Shown here: positions 47,387-56,575 of the stretch, in pieces | How the letters are laid out: each line of letters starts with the position of its first letter | Position numbering within the stretch: the first letter of the stretch is position 1 | Origin: an uncultured Pirellulales bacterium | GTDB lineage: Bacteria; Planctomycetota; Planctomycetia; Pirellulales; S012-138 | NCBI GenBank assembly: GCA_964511065.1 | Contig: CAZEEG010000010.1 | Coordinates: 1,796 to 65,795 of the forward strand | Length of the DNA stretch: 64,000 nt | Reading direction: 5' to 3' | The notes under the pieces: model-generated | What the model was told of the DNA's origin: nothing | Database searches by the model: none | What the model saw: only the letters and a program-made list of their open reading frames with translations | Made by a program: the position numbers and the translations under genes

Positions 47387-47643
47387 GAACTCCACCTTTG
47401 AGGAATGCACCCCTCGCACTTGGAACATCGTCTCTCCAGGGCAGACCGCAAACGGAGTTGCTCGGGCAACCGCCGGGCGTGCGAATTTCTGCAGGTGATA
47501 CCACCATACCAACCAAGGTGGCCACGGTGAAAGGTGGACAGGCTCCCCCGCCCCCCGGGGTGGTGTCGCATGCGAAAGAGGGCGGGGCCTGCTCCCTCCC
47601 CTCATGTGGGTGGGGGTGGGCGCGGCATGGCAGGCATGGCGAC

Positions 47644-50142
47644 TTAGCCATCCGCCACCACTTCCGGCGTGCTGGGGATGATTTCTGGCGGGGGTTCGGA
47701 GAGCGCGCGCTCGAGCGAGTTGAGTTGCTCGTCGATGGCAGCATGTTCAACATCGCTCAGCGAATGACAGCCGAAGCGCACCCGGTAGAACAACTCGGTC
47801 AACCGCCGGGGAACCGACGCGAGGGCGGCCGTTCCCGGACGCTCGGCCAGGTCGGCGCCCACGGAAACGGCGAATTCCCGCTGGGTTTGGGTGCGGCGGC
47901 GCTGGAATTGGGCATCGGCGAGAATCTGCTCCAGGCGCCGATAGAAGTAGATTTCCGAAAGGTTGGCAGCGGCCGATGATTCTGGGGTTCGGGTACGTTT
48001 GCGGCGCAGCCATCTGCGCAGCCAACGATAAGCAAACAGCAGCAGCAGTTGAGCCCCGAAGGCCACCACGCCCGCCTGCCAACTGATCCAGCGATAACCT
48101 GCATCGCCACCGCTGAACAGGGCTTTGACATCCCTCCACCAGGCGGCCCAAGCATTGCCGTCGAACAGTTCAGCAAACGGTGTGTAAATGCGCTCTGTTT
48201 GCGTTTGCGGGTTCATGCCCAACACATACTGCGACCACAGCACTTCGGCCATGTCGCCGATATGTTGCACCTGCGACCAGGTTGTGGCTGTCAGGTCCGC
48301 ACGGCCGGGGGTGGCATCCAATCGCAGCCATGCATGCCGCAGACCATAGTTCTCCACCCAACGATTGTTCCGCAGGCGGCCCCGCAGGCCCTGTCCCCGC
48401 TGCATGCGGCGGGAGTAAGAGGTGGCCCACGCGCGATCGGGGCGTGGCTGAAACTCCGGCGGCACATACTCCGGCGGAATCAAGGCTTCCACCCAGGCGT
48501 GCGCGTGCCATTGCCGGACAAGGCAACTGCCGGTCTCGAAGTCCCATTCACCGCCCTTGTAACCGGTGACAACCCGGGCCGGGATATCCTGGCTGCGGAG
48601 CATCAACGCCAGCACGGTGGCAAAGTACTCGCAGTGGCCGCTCTTGCTGTTCAGCACGAAGTCTTCAGCCGGATCGAGGTCAGTTTGCCTCCGCCGGCGC
48701 GATAACGAGTAAGAGTAGATCCCCGAATCGCGCAAATGCGATTCCAAGGCCTTGGCCTTGGCCACTGGATCATTGCGCTGGCTTTCCGGCAGGCTGGCGA
48801 CGACTTCGGCCGCAACCGCTTTCAGGCCCCTGAGCGGGTCTTCGCCCACCCCGGTCGGCAACGATAGCAGGTCGCGCATCTCCTGCACGGAAATATCCGT
48901 GAGGATGGTCCACCGGAACGGCAGTTGTCTGCCGCTCTTGAAGCCCGTGGTGACGTGCTGATAGGTCACGGTCTCGGTGCGGAAAACCTCGTGGCAGATC
49001 AGCCGCTCTTCGAGCGGGTCGAAATAAACGTGCGTTTCACTCTCCAGCCCAAAGAACGGGTAGATGGCGAACAGTACGTCGGAGATTTTGCGTGAGGGAC
49101 CGTGTGACGGCAGCGGCTGAATCTCAATTTCGACCGCCACCAGGTCATTGGTCGACGAAACTTGGGCCGCTTCAAACGGCGAAAGCGGATCGGCGTGTAC
49201 CAGCTTGGCCAGGTGATCGTTCGTCGAGTACCACTCGCCGTTGCGGTAGATCAACCGCCGCGAACTGCCGCGGAAATAAATGTTCTCACGATCCAGGATG
49301 GCATAATGCTGGTCGGTCCGCATGTCGCGGAACCGGGCCACCAGGACTTCCTCCGGGTCTTGCAGCACTTGGGTGAACTCGCCGCCCACCAGCGAAACAT
49401 CCTCGGTAAACCCCACCGTCGCTTGAAGGCCGGAACCGGCGCCCCACGAACCGCGGGAGGACGTCGTCCGCGGAATGACGACAAACACCAGCGGAGCGAC
49501 GAGCAGAGTGATCAGGCCAGTGCGCATGGTCGGCCCCCAAAGTCCCCGCAGGCGCGGTGCGTGGCGCCGTTTCTGTCGGCCTTTCAGCACCAGTGGGCGG
49601 TATAGCAGCGGCCAGCGCGCATGGTCCGGTTCGGCGGCTACCCTGCGGAGCCATTGGCTGCCGGCCTGTTCGTATTCCTCGCGATACACCAGGAACATCG
49701 ACAGCGAGTAGACGGCCACGAACATGTAGAGCACCATCAACACGCCGAACAGCGGGCTTAAGCTGATGACCGCCGACACCGCCACCTGCAGGAAGCTCAG
49801 CAGCACGATCATGCCGTAAATGCGCGGAGACTTCTGCCGGAGGAACAATACGGCCTGGAGATAGACCAGCAGATTGGAGAGGGCCAGGAACAGCGCCTGT
49901 TTGTCGTCCAGGTTGCGATAGACATCGCGCAGGGCAAAGAGCGTTACCGTGAGGCCGGCCAGGTTCGCCGCACCACTTCCCAGCAAGAGCCAACCTTTGA
50001 AGTCGGTCAGAATGAAGCCGATGGCAGCGGCCGCGACCGTCAGCATCGGAAGCTGAAAGTCTTCCTTTTCCCAGCCCAGGATCAATGAGCCGCATGTCGC
50101 CAGGACGGCGATGGCAATCTGCAAGCGTCGTTCGAGCCTCAT
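47644..50142 (-). CDS. TgpA-like transglutaminase-domain membrane protein
   Basis: The N-terminal part is a multi-TM region (DUF3488-like). The transglutaminase core has SGHCEYFATVLALMLRS (Cys), HAWVE (His) and a C-terminal TM segment. Confidence 0.85.
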   Translation of the reverse strand: MRLERRLQIAIAVLATCGSLILGWEKEDFQLPMLTVAAAAIGFILTDFKGWLLLGSGAANLAGLTVTLFALRDVYRNLDDKQALFLALSNLLVYLQAVLFLRQKSPRIYGMIVLLSFLQVAVSAVISLSPLFGVLMVLYMFVAVYSLSMFLVYREEYEQAGSQWLRRVAAEPDHARWPLLYRPLVLKGRQKRRHAPRLRGLWGPTMRTGLITLLVAPLVFVVIPRTTSSRGSWGAGSGLQATVGFTEDVSLVGGEFTQVLQDPEEVLVARFRDMRTDQHYAILDRENIYFRGSSRRLIYRNGEWYSTNDHLAKLVHADPLSPFEAAQVSSTNDLVAVEIEIQPLPSHGPSRKISDVLFAIYPFFGLESETHVYFDPLEERLICHEVFRTETVTYQHVTTGFKSGRQLPFRWTILTDISVQEMRDLLSLPTGVGEDPLRGLKAVAAEVVASLPESQRNDPVAKAKALESHLRDSGIYSYSLSRRRRQTDLDPAEDFVLNSKSGHCEYFATVLALMLRSQDIPARVVTGYKGGEWDFETGSCLVRQWHAHAWVEALIPPEYVPPEFQPRPDRAWATSYSRRMQRGQGLRGRLRNNRWVENYGLRHAWLRLDATPGRADLTATTWSQVQHIGDMAEVLWSQYVLGMNPQTQTERIYTPFAELFDGNAWAAWWRDVKALFSGGDAGYRWISWQAGVVAFGAQLLLLFAYRWLRRWLRRKRTRTPESSAAANLSEIYFYRRLEQILADAQFQRRRTQTQREFAVSVGADLAERPGTAALASVPRRLTELFYRVRFGCHSLSDVEHAAIDEQLNSLERALSEPPPEIIPSTPEVVADG

Positions 50143-50446
50143 CCGGTTTCTCCTGCCTCACCCCGCTGCTGGGGCGCCGGCACTGCACCGATCATGGAGC
50201 CTGCGGTCGATCATTTTGGGTTGTGCGCCACGCTGGATCGTAGGCAAGTCGCCGTTGCCTAGCGCCCTGGCTGCGCGCGTGGAAACATGGTTCCGGCCAA
50301 GGGCCTTGGGCAATCCACTGCGTACGGATTTGCGGGTGAAACCGCACGCAGCAGGAATTTCATCAATCGAGAAGTATTGGCTGATTTCTTGGGGGGAATG
50401 TTTTGAAGCCCCCAGCGGGGGCCGCTTGGGGCGCATTACCTGGCAA

Positions 50447-51631
50447 TTATAACGCCTGGTAATACCTCAATATATCAGAACTGCTGGCGTCAATCAGCAA
50501 TACCTTGCCGAAGAGGCCTTGCTTGCGGGAGTCTTGCCGCATTTCATCCACCAGGCTCTCGTCCGTCAAATCGACGTTGCGCGTGCTGACCAGCACGATA
50601 TCGCAATGAGGCGGTAACTGATCGAAAGCTTCCGTCAGCAGTTTGCCCAGGTGGTTGGAGTTTCCGGCCGAAACGGCGGCCAGGTGTTCCATGGCTTCGG
50701 TGAAGAGACCGCGCGAGGCCGGGCCGCGCGTGATATCGACCGTGGCGCCGGCCGTGCCAAGCAGCAGTTGGCTCTGGCCCCGATGGCACATGTCCGACAC
50801 CACCGTGGCGGCGAAGCTTACCGCGAGTTCGACACTCTCCAGGTCGCTGCTGCTGTAGGACTCGGGCACCCACAAATCGAGCAGCAGCGCCAAATCGTGG
50901 TGTCGCTGCCGCTCGAATTGCCGCACCATCGGCATGCCTCGCCGCGCCGTGGTGCGCCAGTGGATCCAGCGTTGGCTGTCGCCGTGGCGGTAATCGCGCA
51001 GCGCGTGGAAGTCGCCTTCCATCAGGCCTTGCTGTCGCTTCACCGGGCGGCTGCCGTGGTATGTGGACTGCAAACGCTCCTTCCAGGCGGGCGTCAACTG
51101 GCCAGTGCGGGGAAAAACGATGATCTCGTCCTTCAACATATGCACCACCGTCCGCCGCACCAGCCCTAACGGGAAACGCGTGGTCACCTTGAGCGGCCCC
51201 AACTCGTAGCGTCCGCGGGCAGGCACGATTCCCTCGTAGGCTTCAGTCAGCGTTTCGTCCGGACTGATCCGACTGAACAACACGCCGGGCCGCAATGCGA
51301 CCCCGTTGAACGAAAGCGAGGTGAGTTTGTCATCGACCCGAACCGCCCAACTCGTTCGCTTGCCTTCGTTGGTGGCCTTGATATCGACCACCAGCTTTTC
51401 GCCGGCCACGATCGAACTGGGGGCTGAACGGCTGACCCGGATCTTGCGGAGCGAATGGGCCACGATCCGCCAGTTGACGTACATTGGGCCGATCATCAGG
51501 CCAAAGAGCAGGATGAGCAGGTTCATCTGCCGCAGCAGCGCTCCGGCCAGGATGAACCCCATGATGCCCAGGAAATACCAGCCCTCCAGGGTGATGGTCG
51601 TATGGTACTGACGGCGCGGCTTTCGTTTCAT
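50447..51631 (-). CDS. DUF58-domain protein
   Basis: Two N-terminal TM segments are present. The hallmark DFHALRDYRHGDSQRWIHWRTTARRGMPMVRQFE is present. The start was chosen at MKRKPRR. Confidence 0.85.
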   Translation of the reverse strand: MKRKPRRQYHTTITLEGWYFLGIMGFILAGALLRQMNLLILLFGLMIGPMYVNWRIVAHSLRKIRVSRSAPSSIVAGEKLVVDIKATNEGKRTSWAVRVDDKLTSLSFNGVALRPGVLFSRISPDETLTEAYEGIVPARGRYELGPLKVTTRFPLGLVRRTVVHMLKDEIIVFPRTGQLTPAWKERLQSTYHGSRPVKRQQGLMEGDFHALRDYRHGDSQRWIHWRTTARRGMPMVRQFERQRHHDLALLLDLWVPESYSSSDLESVELAVSFAATVVSDMCHRGQSQLLLGTAGATVDITRGPASRGLFTEAMEHLAAVSAGNSNHLGKLLTEAFDQLPPHCDIVLVSTRNVDLTDESLVDEMRQDSRKQGLFGKVLLIDASSSDILRYYQAL

Positions 51632-52097
51632 GTCCGTCGCGCTACCTTCAATCGGAAGATGGCGGGGGGAGTCGGAACGGGGGGGGGTGGCCCTCAGCGT
51701 CCCTGCGGGGGGATTCATCCGACGACCGCTGTATTCATTATGGCAGCACGGTCCAGTTGCTGCGATGCCCTAGCTGCCCGCTTTGCCGAGGTGTGACTTG
51801 CCGTCTGTTCTGCCAGTTTTTGCCAGTTTGGATTCTGCTGTCTGAGGTGCAGGTTCCACCGCGCGGCGGGCTTGCCGGGGGCGGTGGAGGCGTTTGCGGA
51901 TGCGGCGACTGGCAATTGCTCCCCAGGTTGCGTAGGTTATGGGCGTTCGCACGGGCGAACCCACCGATAGAGCCAGCGCCCCAACAGGTTGCTGGAGTCA
52001 CGGGGCGTTTGCCGAGCGGGCGTGTCATACCATCGATCGAAGGTCGGCCCAATGCGGCTGGCTGGTGATGTCAACACACACGTAAAGGATTGCCGCT

Positions 52098-53003
52098 ATG
52101 AAGAGGATTGCCGGCGTATTGGCTGCCATCGCGGTATCGTTCGCGCCTGCCGCTGCCCAGGAAAAGTCGTTCGTCAAGCCCGGTGCCAAGGCGGAGAAAC
52201 TGGCAGGTGATTTTGCCTTTACCGAAGGCCCCGCCGTCGATGCCAAGGGCAACATCTACTTTTCAGATATCCCTAACGACCGCATCCACCTGTGGACGAC
52301 CGACGGTAAGCTCTCCACGTTCCGCGAAGACAGCGGCGGGGCCAACGGTCTATTCTTCGACCGCGACAGCAACCTGCTGGCGTGCGAAGGCAAGGCTCGC
52401 CGAGTCACCGCGATCAGCCCTGATGGCAAGGTCACCGTACTGGCCGACAAGTACAACGGCAAGAAACTCAATAGCCCCAACGACCTTTGGGTCGATCCGC
52501 AGGGCGGCGTGTACTTTACCGATCCGCGGTACGGCAACATGGATGGCTTGGAACAAGACGGGTTCCACGTCTACTACATTTCGCCCGACCGCAAGACGGT
52601 AACCCGCGTCATCAGCGACCTGGTCAAGCCCAACGGTGTACTGGGCACGCCCGATGGCAAGTTGCTGTACGTGGCCGATCCGGGCGATCAAAAGACGTAC
52701 GTTTACCAGATTCAGGGGCCCGGCAAGCTCAGCCAAAAGAAGCTGTTTTGCAGCCAAGGCTCCGATGGTTTGACCCTCGATGAGCACGGCAACGTGTACC
52801 TCACCTCCGCCGGCATCAACATCTACAGCCCGGAAGGCAAGCTCATCGAAACGATTGAGGTGCCGGAGCGCCCGGCCAACATGTGCTTTGGGGGCAAGGA
52901 CAATAAGACACTGTTCATCACCGCCCGGACTTCGTTCTACTCGATCCCGATGCAAGTCTCCGGCGTGAAGCAGACGGTGCAGTTGCAGGGCGACAAACAG
53001 TAA
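52098..53003 (+). CDS. secreted SMP-30/gluconolactonase/LRE-family beta-propeller protein
   Basis: Signal peptide MKRIAGVLAAIAVSFAPAAAQ. Motifs are FTEGPAVDAKGNIYFSDIPN and NSPNDLWVDPQGGVYFTDP. Confidence 0.85.
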   Translation: MKRIAGVLAAIAVSFAPAAAQEKSFVKPGAKAEKLAGDFAFTEGPAVDAKGNIYFSDIPNDRIHLWTTDGKLSTFREDSGGANGLFFDRDSNLLACEGKARRVTAISPDGKVTVLADKYNGKKLNSPNDLWVDPQGGVYFTDPRYGNMDGLEQDGFHVYYISPDRKTVTRVISDLVKPNGVLGTPDGKLLYVADPGDQKTYVYQIQGPGKLSQKKLFCSQGSDGLTLDEHGNVYLTSAGINIYSPEGKLIETIEVPERPANMCFGGKDNKTLFITARTSFYSIPMQVSGVKQTVQLQGDKQ

Positions 53004-53092
53004 CCGGCGCCCGAGGAAAAGCCGATGCGTGATGGACCACCTCCCGGCGGTGCCGTGGCTGCGACGGATGTTGCGGCGCCGCGCAGAAAGCC

Positions 53093-53473
53093 TTACTTGG
53101 CTTCCCGCTGGTCCTCCGGCCCGTACCGCCCGCGGTATTGTTCCACCGGGTACTTGATGGCGTTCTTCACCATCTTTTTGCGGACCGTCGTGGAGATGTC
53201 GATACCCAGCTCATTGGCCAGTGCCAGGGTGTAGCCGAACACGTCGGCGATTTCCTCGCTGACGGCGGCCAGTTTGTCGGGCTGGTTAGCAAGCTCGCGC
53301 GATTCTTCGATGGTGAGCCATTGGAAGTGTTCCATGAGTTCGGCCACTTCCACCATCAGGGCCATGCAGATGTTCTTGGGAGCATGGAAACTTTGCCAGT
53401 CGCGCTCATCGACGAACCGCCGCATATTTTCCCGCAATTCGGCGACGGTCGTTTCGGCGTCAGTGCGATCCAT
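53093..53473 (-). CDS. MazG-type nucleoside-triphosphate pyrophosphohydrolase (single-domain, dCTPase-like)
   Basis: Motifs are FVDERDW..FH.PKN, MVEVAELMEHFQW and EEIADVFGY.LALAN. The ATG at 53473 overlaps the upstream gene by 14 nt. Confidence 0.8.
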   Translation of the reverse strand: MDRTDAETTVAELRENMRRFVDERDWQSFHAPKNICMALMVEVAELMEHFQWLTIEESRELANQPDKLAAVSEEIADVFGYTLALANELGIDISTTVRKKMVKNAIKYPVEQYRGRYGPEDQREAK

Positions 53474-54428
53474 GTTGCTTGACCATGGGTGAAGCCAGGG
53501 CATCAAATCCCGGCAGAAACTGCTGCCGAGGAGGTGTCTGACGCTCACGATACTGCCGGCGGTAGCAATCCGCCAGCCGGGTCATGACTTCCAGCCCCAG
53601 CAAATCGGCCCGGTTGAACACGTGTCGGCTGCTGCGATTGCCCAATCCTGCCAAGGTATCTTCCAGCACATACAGGTGCAGTTGCAGGAGTTGGCGACCG
53701 GAGATTCCGGCCCTGGCCAGCAACTCGGCCAGGTGGCACACTTCGCGCCGCAGGTGTCCCGAACCCATGATGACATAGGCCCGCAGTAGTTGTTGGTAAT
53801 GGCTGATGAGCTCGTCGGGCAGGGGGTGTTCGTCGCCGGCGTTGAACAATGCGCCGTCGTCGCCCACGGCCAACTCGGCCAGTTCCCCCAGTAGCCGGCG
53901 GGCTTCGGAGTGTTCTGCGGCCAACCGCGATTCTTCCGCCTGGGAGAGCCGCCGCACTTGCCGCATTAGGTGTTGGCGCTCGGCGGCCCTGGCGACGACC
54001 CAGATCAGGTGCGCCAGCGTGGCCGTTTGTTCGCACACGTACGCATCGCCGCCGGCCTGGTAACAGGCGACGGCCATATCTGCCTCGTTCCCGTGGCCAA
54101 TTACAATCACGGCTTCTTCGGCGCCGCCGGCACGCATGGCCTGCGTGAAGGCCACGGCATCCAGGCCGTCGGGTTCGTGCGGCAGAATGACGGCGTCGAA
54201 GATTTCGTCGCGCAGCCGGGCCATTCCGGCGGCCACGCCCTGCACTTCGATCAGCGTGATTTCCAGTTCCTCAATACCCACCAAACCATCCAGCAGCATG
54301 CCGCCCAGTCGCCGATGCGTGGCGACGTACAGAATCCGTAGCCGTTTGGGGACAGGGTGGGGATGCTGCGAATCGGCCGTTTCCGCCGCTGAATTCCGAG
54401 GATGCGTGAGATGCAAAGCTGAGGGCAT
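53460..54428 (-). CDS. pseudo-receiver domain protein with C-terminal RsbU_N (KaiA/RsbU helical) -like domain
   Basis: The receiver-like fold (RILYVATHRR...FDAVILPHEPDGLDAV...VIVIGHG...) lacks the acidic pocket and the phospho-Asp. The C-terminus (ISHYQQLLRAYV...LLQLHLYVLEDTL...LLGLEVMTRLADCYRRQ) parallels B. subtilis RsbU residues ~10-90. The start is uncertain because no SD is present. Confidence 0.55.
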   Translation of the reverse strand: MPSALHLTHPRNSAAETADSQHPHPVPKRLRILYVATHRRLGGMLLDGLVGIEELEITLIEVQGVAAGMARLRDEIFDAVILPHEPDGLDAVAFTQAMRAGGAEEAVIVIGHGNEADMAVACYQAGGDAYVCEQTATLAHLIWVVARAAERQHLMRQVRRLSQAEESRLAAEHSEARRLLGELAELAVGDDGALFNAGDEHPLPDELISHYQQLLRAYVIMGSGHLRREVCHLAELLARAGISGRQLLQLHLYVLEDTLAGLGNRSSRHVFNRADLLGLEVMTRLADCYRRQYRERQTPPRQQFLPGFDALASPMVKQHGSH

Positions 54429-54653
54429 GTCGAACCGTTCGCCAGGAGAATCGACCCGCCAAGAAAGGATGCGAAGCGGGTGGGACTCTACCCAAGGCTT
54501 CGCGGCACGGCAAGGTAAAGTAGGGAAGCCGGCCGTAAAGGAAACACTGCTGCGTTGCTGAGCGACGCTTCGACCCGCTCGGGGACACAGCTTGCATGGG
54601 GGCAGCGCTGTCTCGGCAGTACCCGCCGCTGGCAACAGTCAGGAGGTAGACTG

Positions 54654-56393
54654 CTAGCCCCGTTGCCATCCGCGCCGTTCTTTCTTGGCGAGTAGGGCTT
54701 GCGAATGCGCAGCGACCTGCTTCCATAGGGCCTTCCAGTCGCTGCCATCTTCCAGCGTGGCCACGTAAGCCTGCAAGAATCGCACGCAATGGCTGCGGCG
54801 GATGCGAGGGTGCAGCACAAGCGACGCTGCAAGACGGGCCAGGTTGCGTGCCCGCTCCCGGTTGCGAAGCCACACGCGGACGCGGAGGCCGTCGAGGTCG
54901 ATGATGGCCGTCTCCACCTGATCGCCGCGCTGCACCGCCAGCAGGTTGCCCCATTTCAGGTCGCGGTGGGCGATCCGCCAGCGGTGCAAGTTGCCAATCA
55001 ACTGCCCCAGGCTGGCCGCCGTCGATCGGGCAAGCCGCTCGCCTTCGGCCCGAGGCAAGTCCGCCAGTCGCCAGGCAAACAGGTGCAGGTTCTCGGCCCC
55101 ATCGATCCATTGGGTTGCCAGGTAGCTGTCGCGGCCTGGCGGGTCGATCACGCAAAGCGGTCGGGCCGTGGCGACCGCCCGCTGCCAAAGCGCTTGGCCG
55201 CGATACCAACTGGCCAAGGCTCGGGACCGACGCAGCGGTGCCAGCCACCGCTTCCATCCACCAACCAGGCGGCACCGCTTCCAGGCGATCTTGGTCGGTA
55301 CGCCGTCCACGATCAACTCCGCCTGGACCAACACGCTGGTGTGCGACAGTTTCAACGGATGGTGGTGAAACTGGGCCAGGATGGCCTCGGGATTGGCGGC
55401 GAGCTCGCCCAGTGTCTCAGGGCTGATGGAGCGAATGGCGTGAACCCGGGTTCGCCCCCACCGAAAACTCTGAAAGTCGCGGTTGTTGCGCAGCGCTCGC
55501 CGATCGCGACCGCGCATGTTTCGGCAGGCGAATGCCCTGGCCACGGCGGCCACTTCGGCGGCGGCGCGGCGAGGGCAGGCCAGTTGCAGGTCGGTTCGAT
55601 GCGTCAGGTAGGCGCGCCAGAATCGCCAGCGGTCCGTGCGGCTGGTGACGGCGATCATGCCGGCTTGCAGCATCACGAGGTTATTTCGAGTCTGCCGCCA
55701 CGAAAGCGGCCGCGTGAAGCGGACTCCCGGCAGGTCGATCAGGTGCAATCGCGGCCAAGGCAACACTCGGTCGCCAGTACGGTCGGCCGCTTCATGAAGG
55801 GAGTCTGGAGTTGAGCCGTCCGGGCCGGTGGGCGGTTCCCAGGTCACCAGCAGGTTGCCGGCATGCAAGTCGTCCTGCACCACTCCGTGCGAGTGCAGCT
55901 TGGCACAGAAGGCGGCCAGGGCACGTGTCAGCCGGTGTCGCAGCACGGTTCTTGAGCGAGGGCTATAGTGGCTCAGATACTCCACCACGCACGTATCCAG
56001 CGGGATCGCGCCCGGCAGGGCCTCGGTCACAAAGAAGTTGTCGAGCACCAAGCCGTGGCGGCGTTGTTCGCCGTATCCGATCGCATGGGCGGTCGGCACG
56101 CGGCGGCGAGAAACCTCGCGCATCTTGCGAAATTCGCGCCGCGCGGCACTGGCCCTGACGAGCGTTCGGCCGGCCCGGCCCACGGACGTGCAACGATAGT
56201 GCTTGACGTAAACGCTTTGGTCGCCCAGGTCCACACGGTATACAGTTCGATGTTCACCGGTCTTGACGATGCTGGCCTGGCCGTTTTCAAGCCATTGCTT
56301 GAGCGGCAATCCGCCCTGGTTCAGCAGACGCGATTCCCAACCTGGTGACAGATGCCAGTCGATTGGGCCAGATTGCTGAACGCCGCCGCTCAC
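54654..56393 (-). CDS. protein with two tandem lipopolysaccharide-kinase (Kdo/WaaP/RIO-like) family domains
   Basis: GTG start with AAGGAA upstream. The first domain has TVYRV...VYVKHY...DDLHAGNLLV...LIDL. The second domain has IAHRDLKWGNLL...AIIDLDG. Confidence 0.7.
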   Translation of the reverse strand: MSGGVQQSGPIDWHLSPGWESRLLNQGGLPLKQWLENGQASIVKTGEHRTVYRVDLGDQSVYVKHYRCTSVGRAGRTLVRASAARREFRKMREVSRRRVPTAHAIGYGEQRRHGLVLDNFFVTEALPGAIPLDTCVVEYLSHYSPRSRTVLRHRLTRALAAFCAKLHSHGVVQDDLHAGNLLVTWEPPTGPDGSTPDSLHEAADRTGDRVLPWPRLHLIDLPGVRFTRPLSWRQTRNNLVMLQAGMIAVTSRTDRWRFWRAYLTHRTDLQLACPRRAAAEVAAVARAFACRNMRGRDRRALRNNRDFQSFRWGRTRVHAIRSISPETLGELAANPEAILAQFHHHPLKLSHTSVLVQAELIVDGVPTKIAWKRCRLVGGWKRWLAPLRRSRALASWYRGQALWQRAVATARPLCVIDPPGRDSYLATQWIDGAENLHLFAWRLADLPRAEGERLARSTAASLGQLIGNLHRWRIAHRDLKWGNLLAVQRGDQVETAIIDLDGLRVRVWLRNRERARNLARLAASLVLHPRIRRSHCVRFLQAYVATLEDGSDWKALWKQVAAHSQALLAKKERRGWQRG

Positions 56394-56575
56394 ACGTTTT
56401 CCTTATGCTCTGCCCGCCGCTGCGCTGGGGGGCCGCTTTTTTGCCCTGCTCGTGGAGCGGCAAGGCTAGCAATCGACCCGCGGAGCGACAAGACCAAGTA
56501 GCAAACAGGCCTTGCTGTGCCGGCAGTGCCAGCGGCCAGAAGCATTTGCCTGGCTGGACCGCGGTGCGCAGCAGG

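Noticed and set aside
51632-52097. I looked for a MoxR-type AAA+ ATPase gene upstream of DUF58.
   Set aside because: No Walker A/B-containing ORF exists in this 466-nt gap or in either neighbouring gene. The absence is recorded as an observation, not as a feature.
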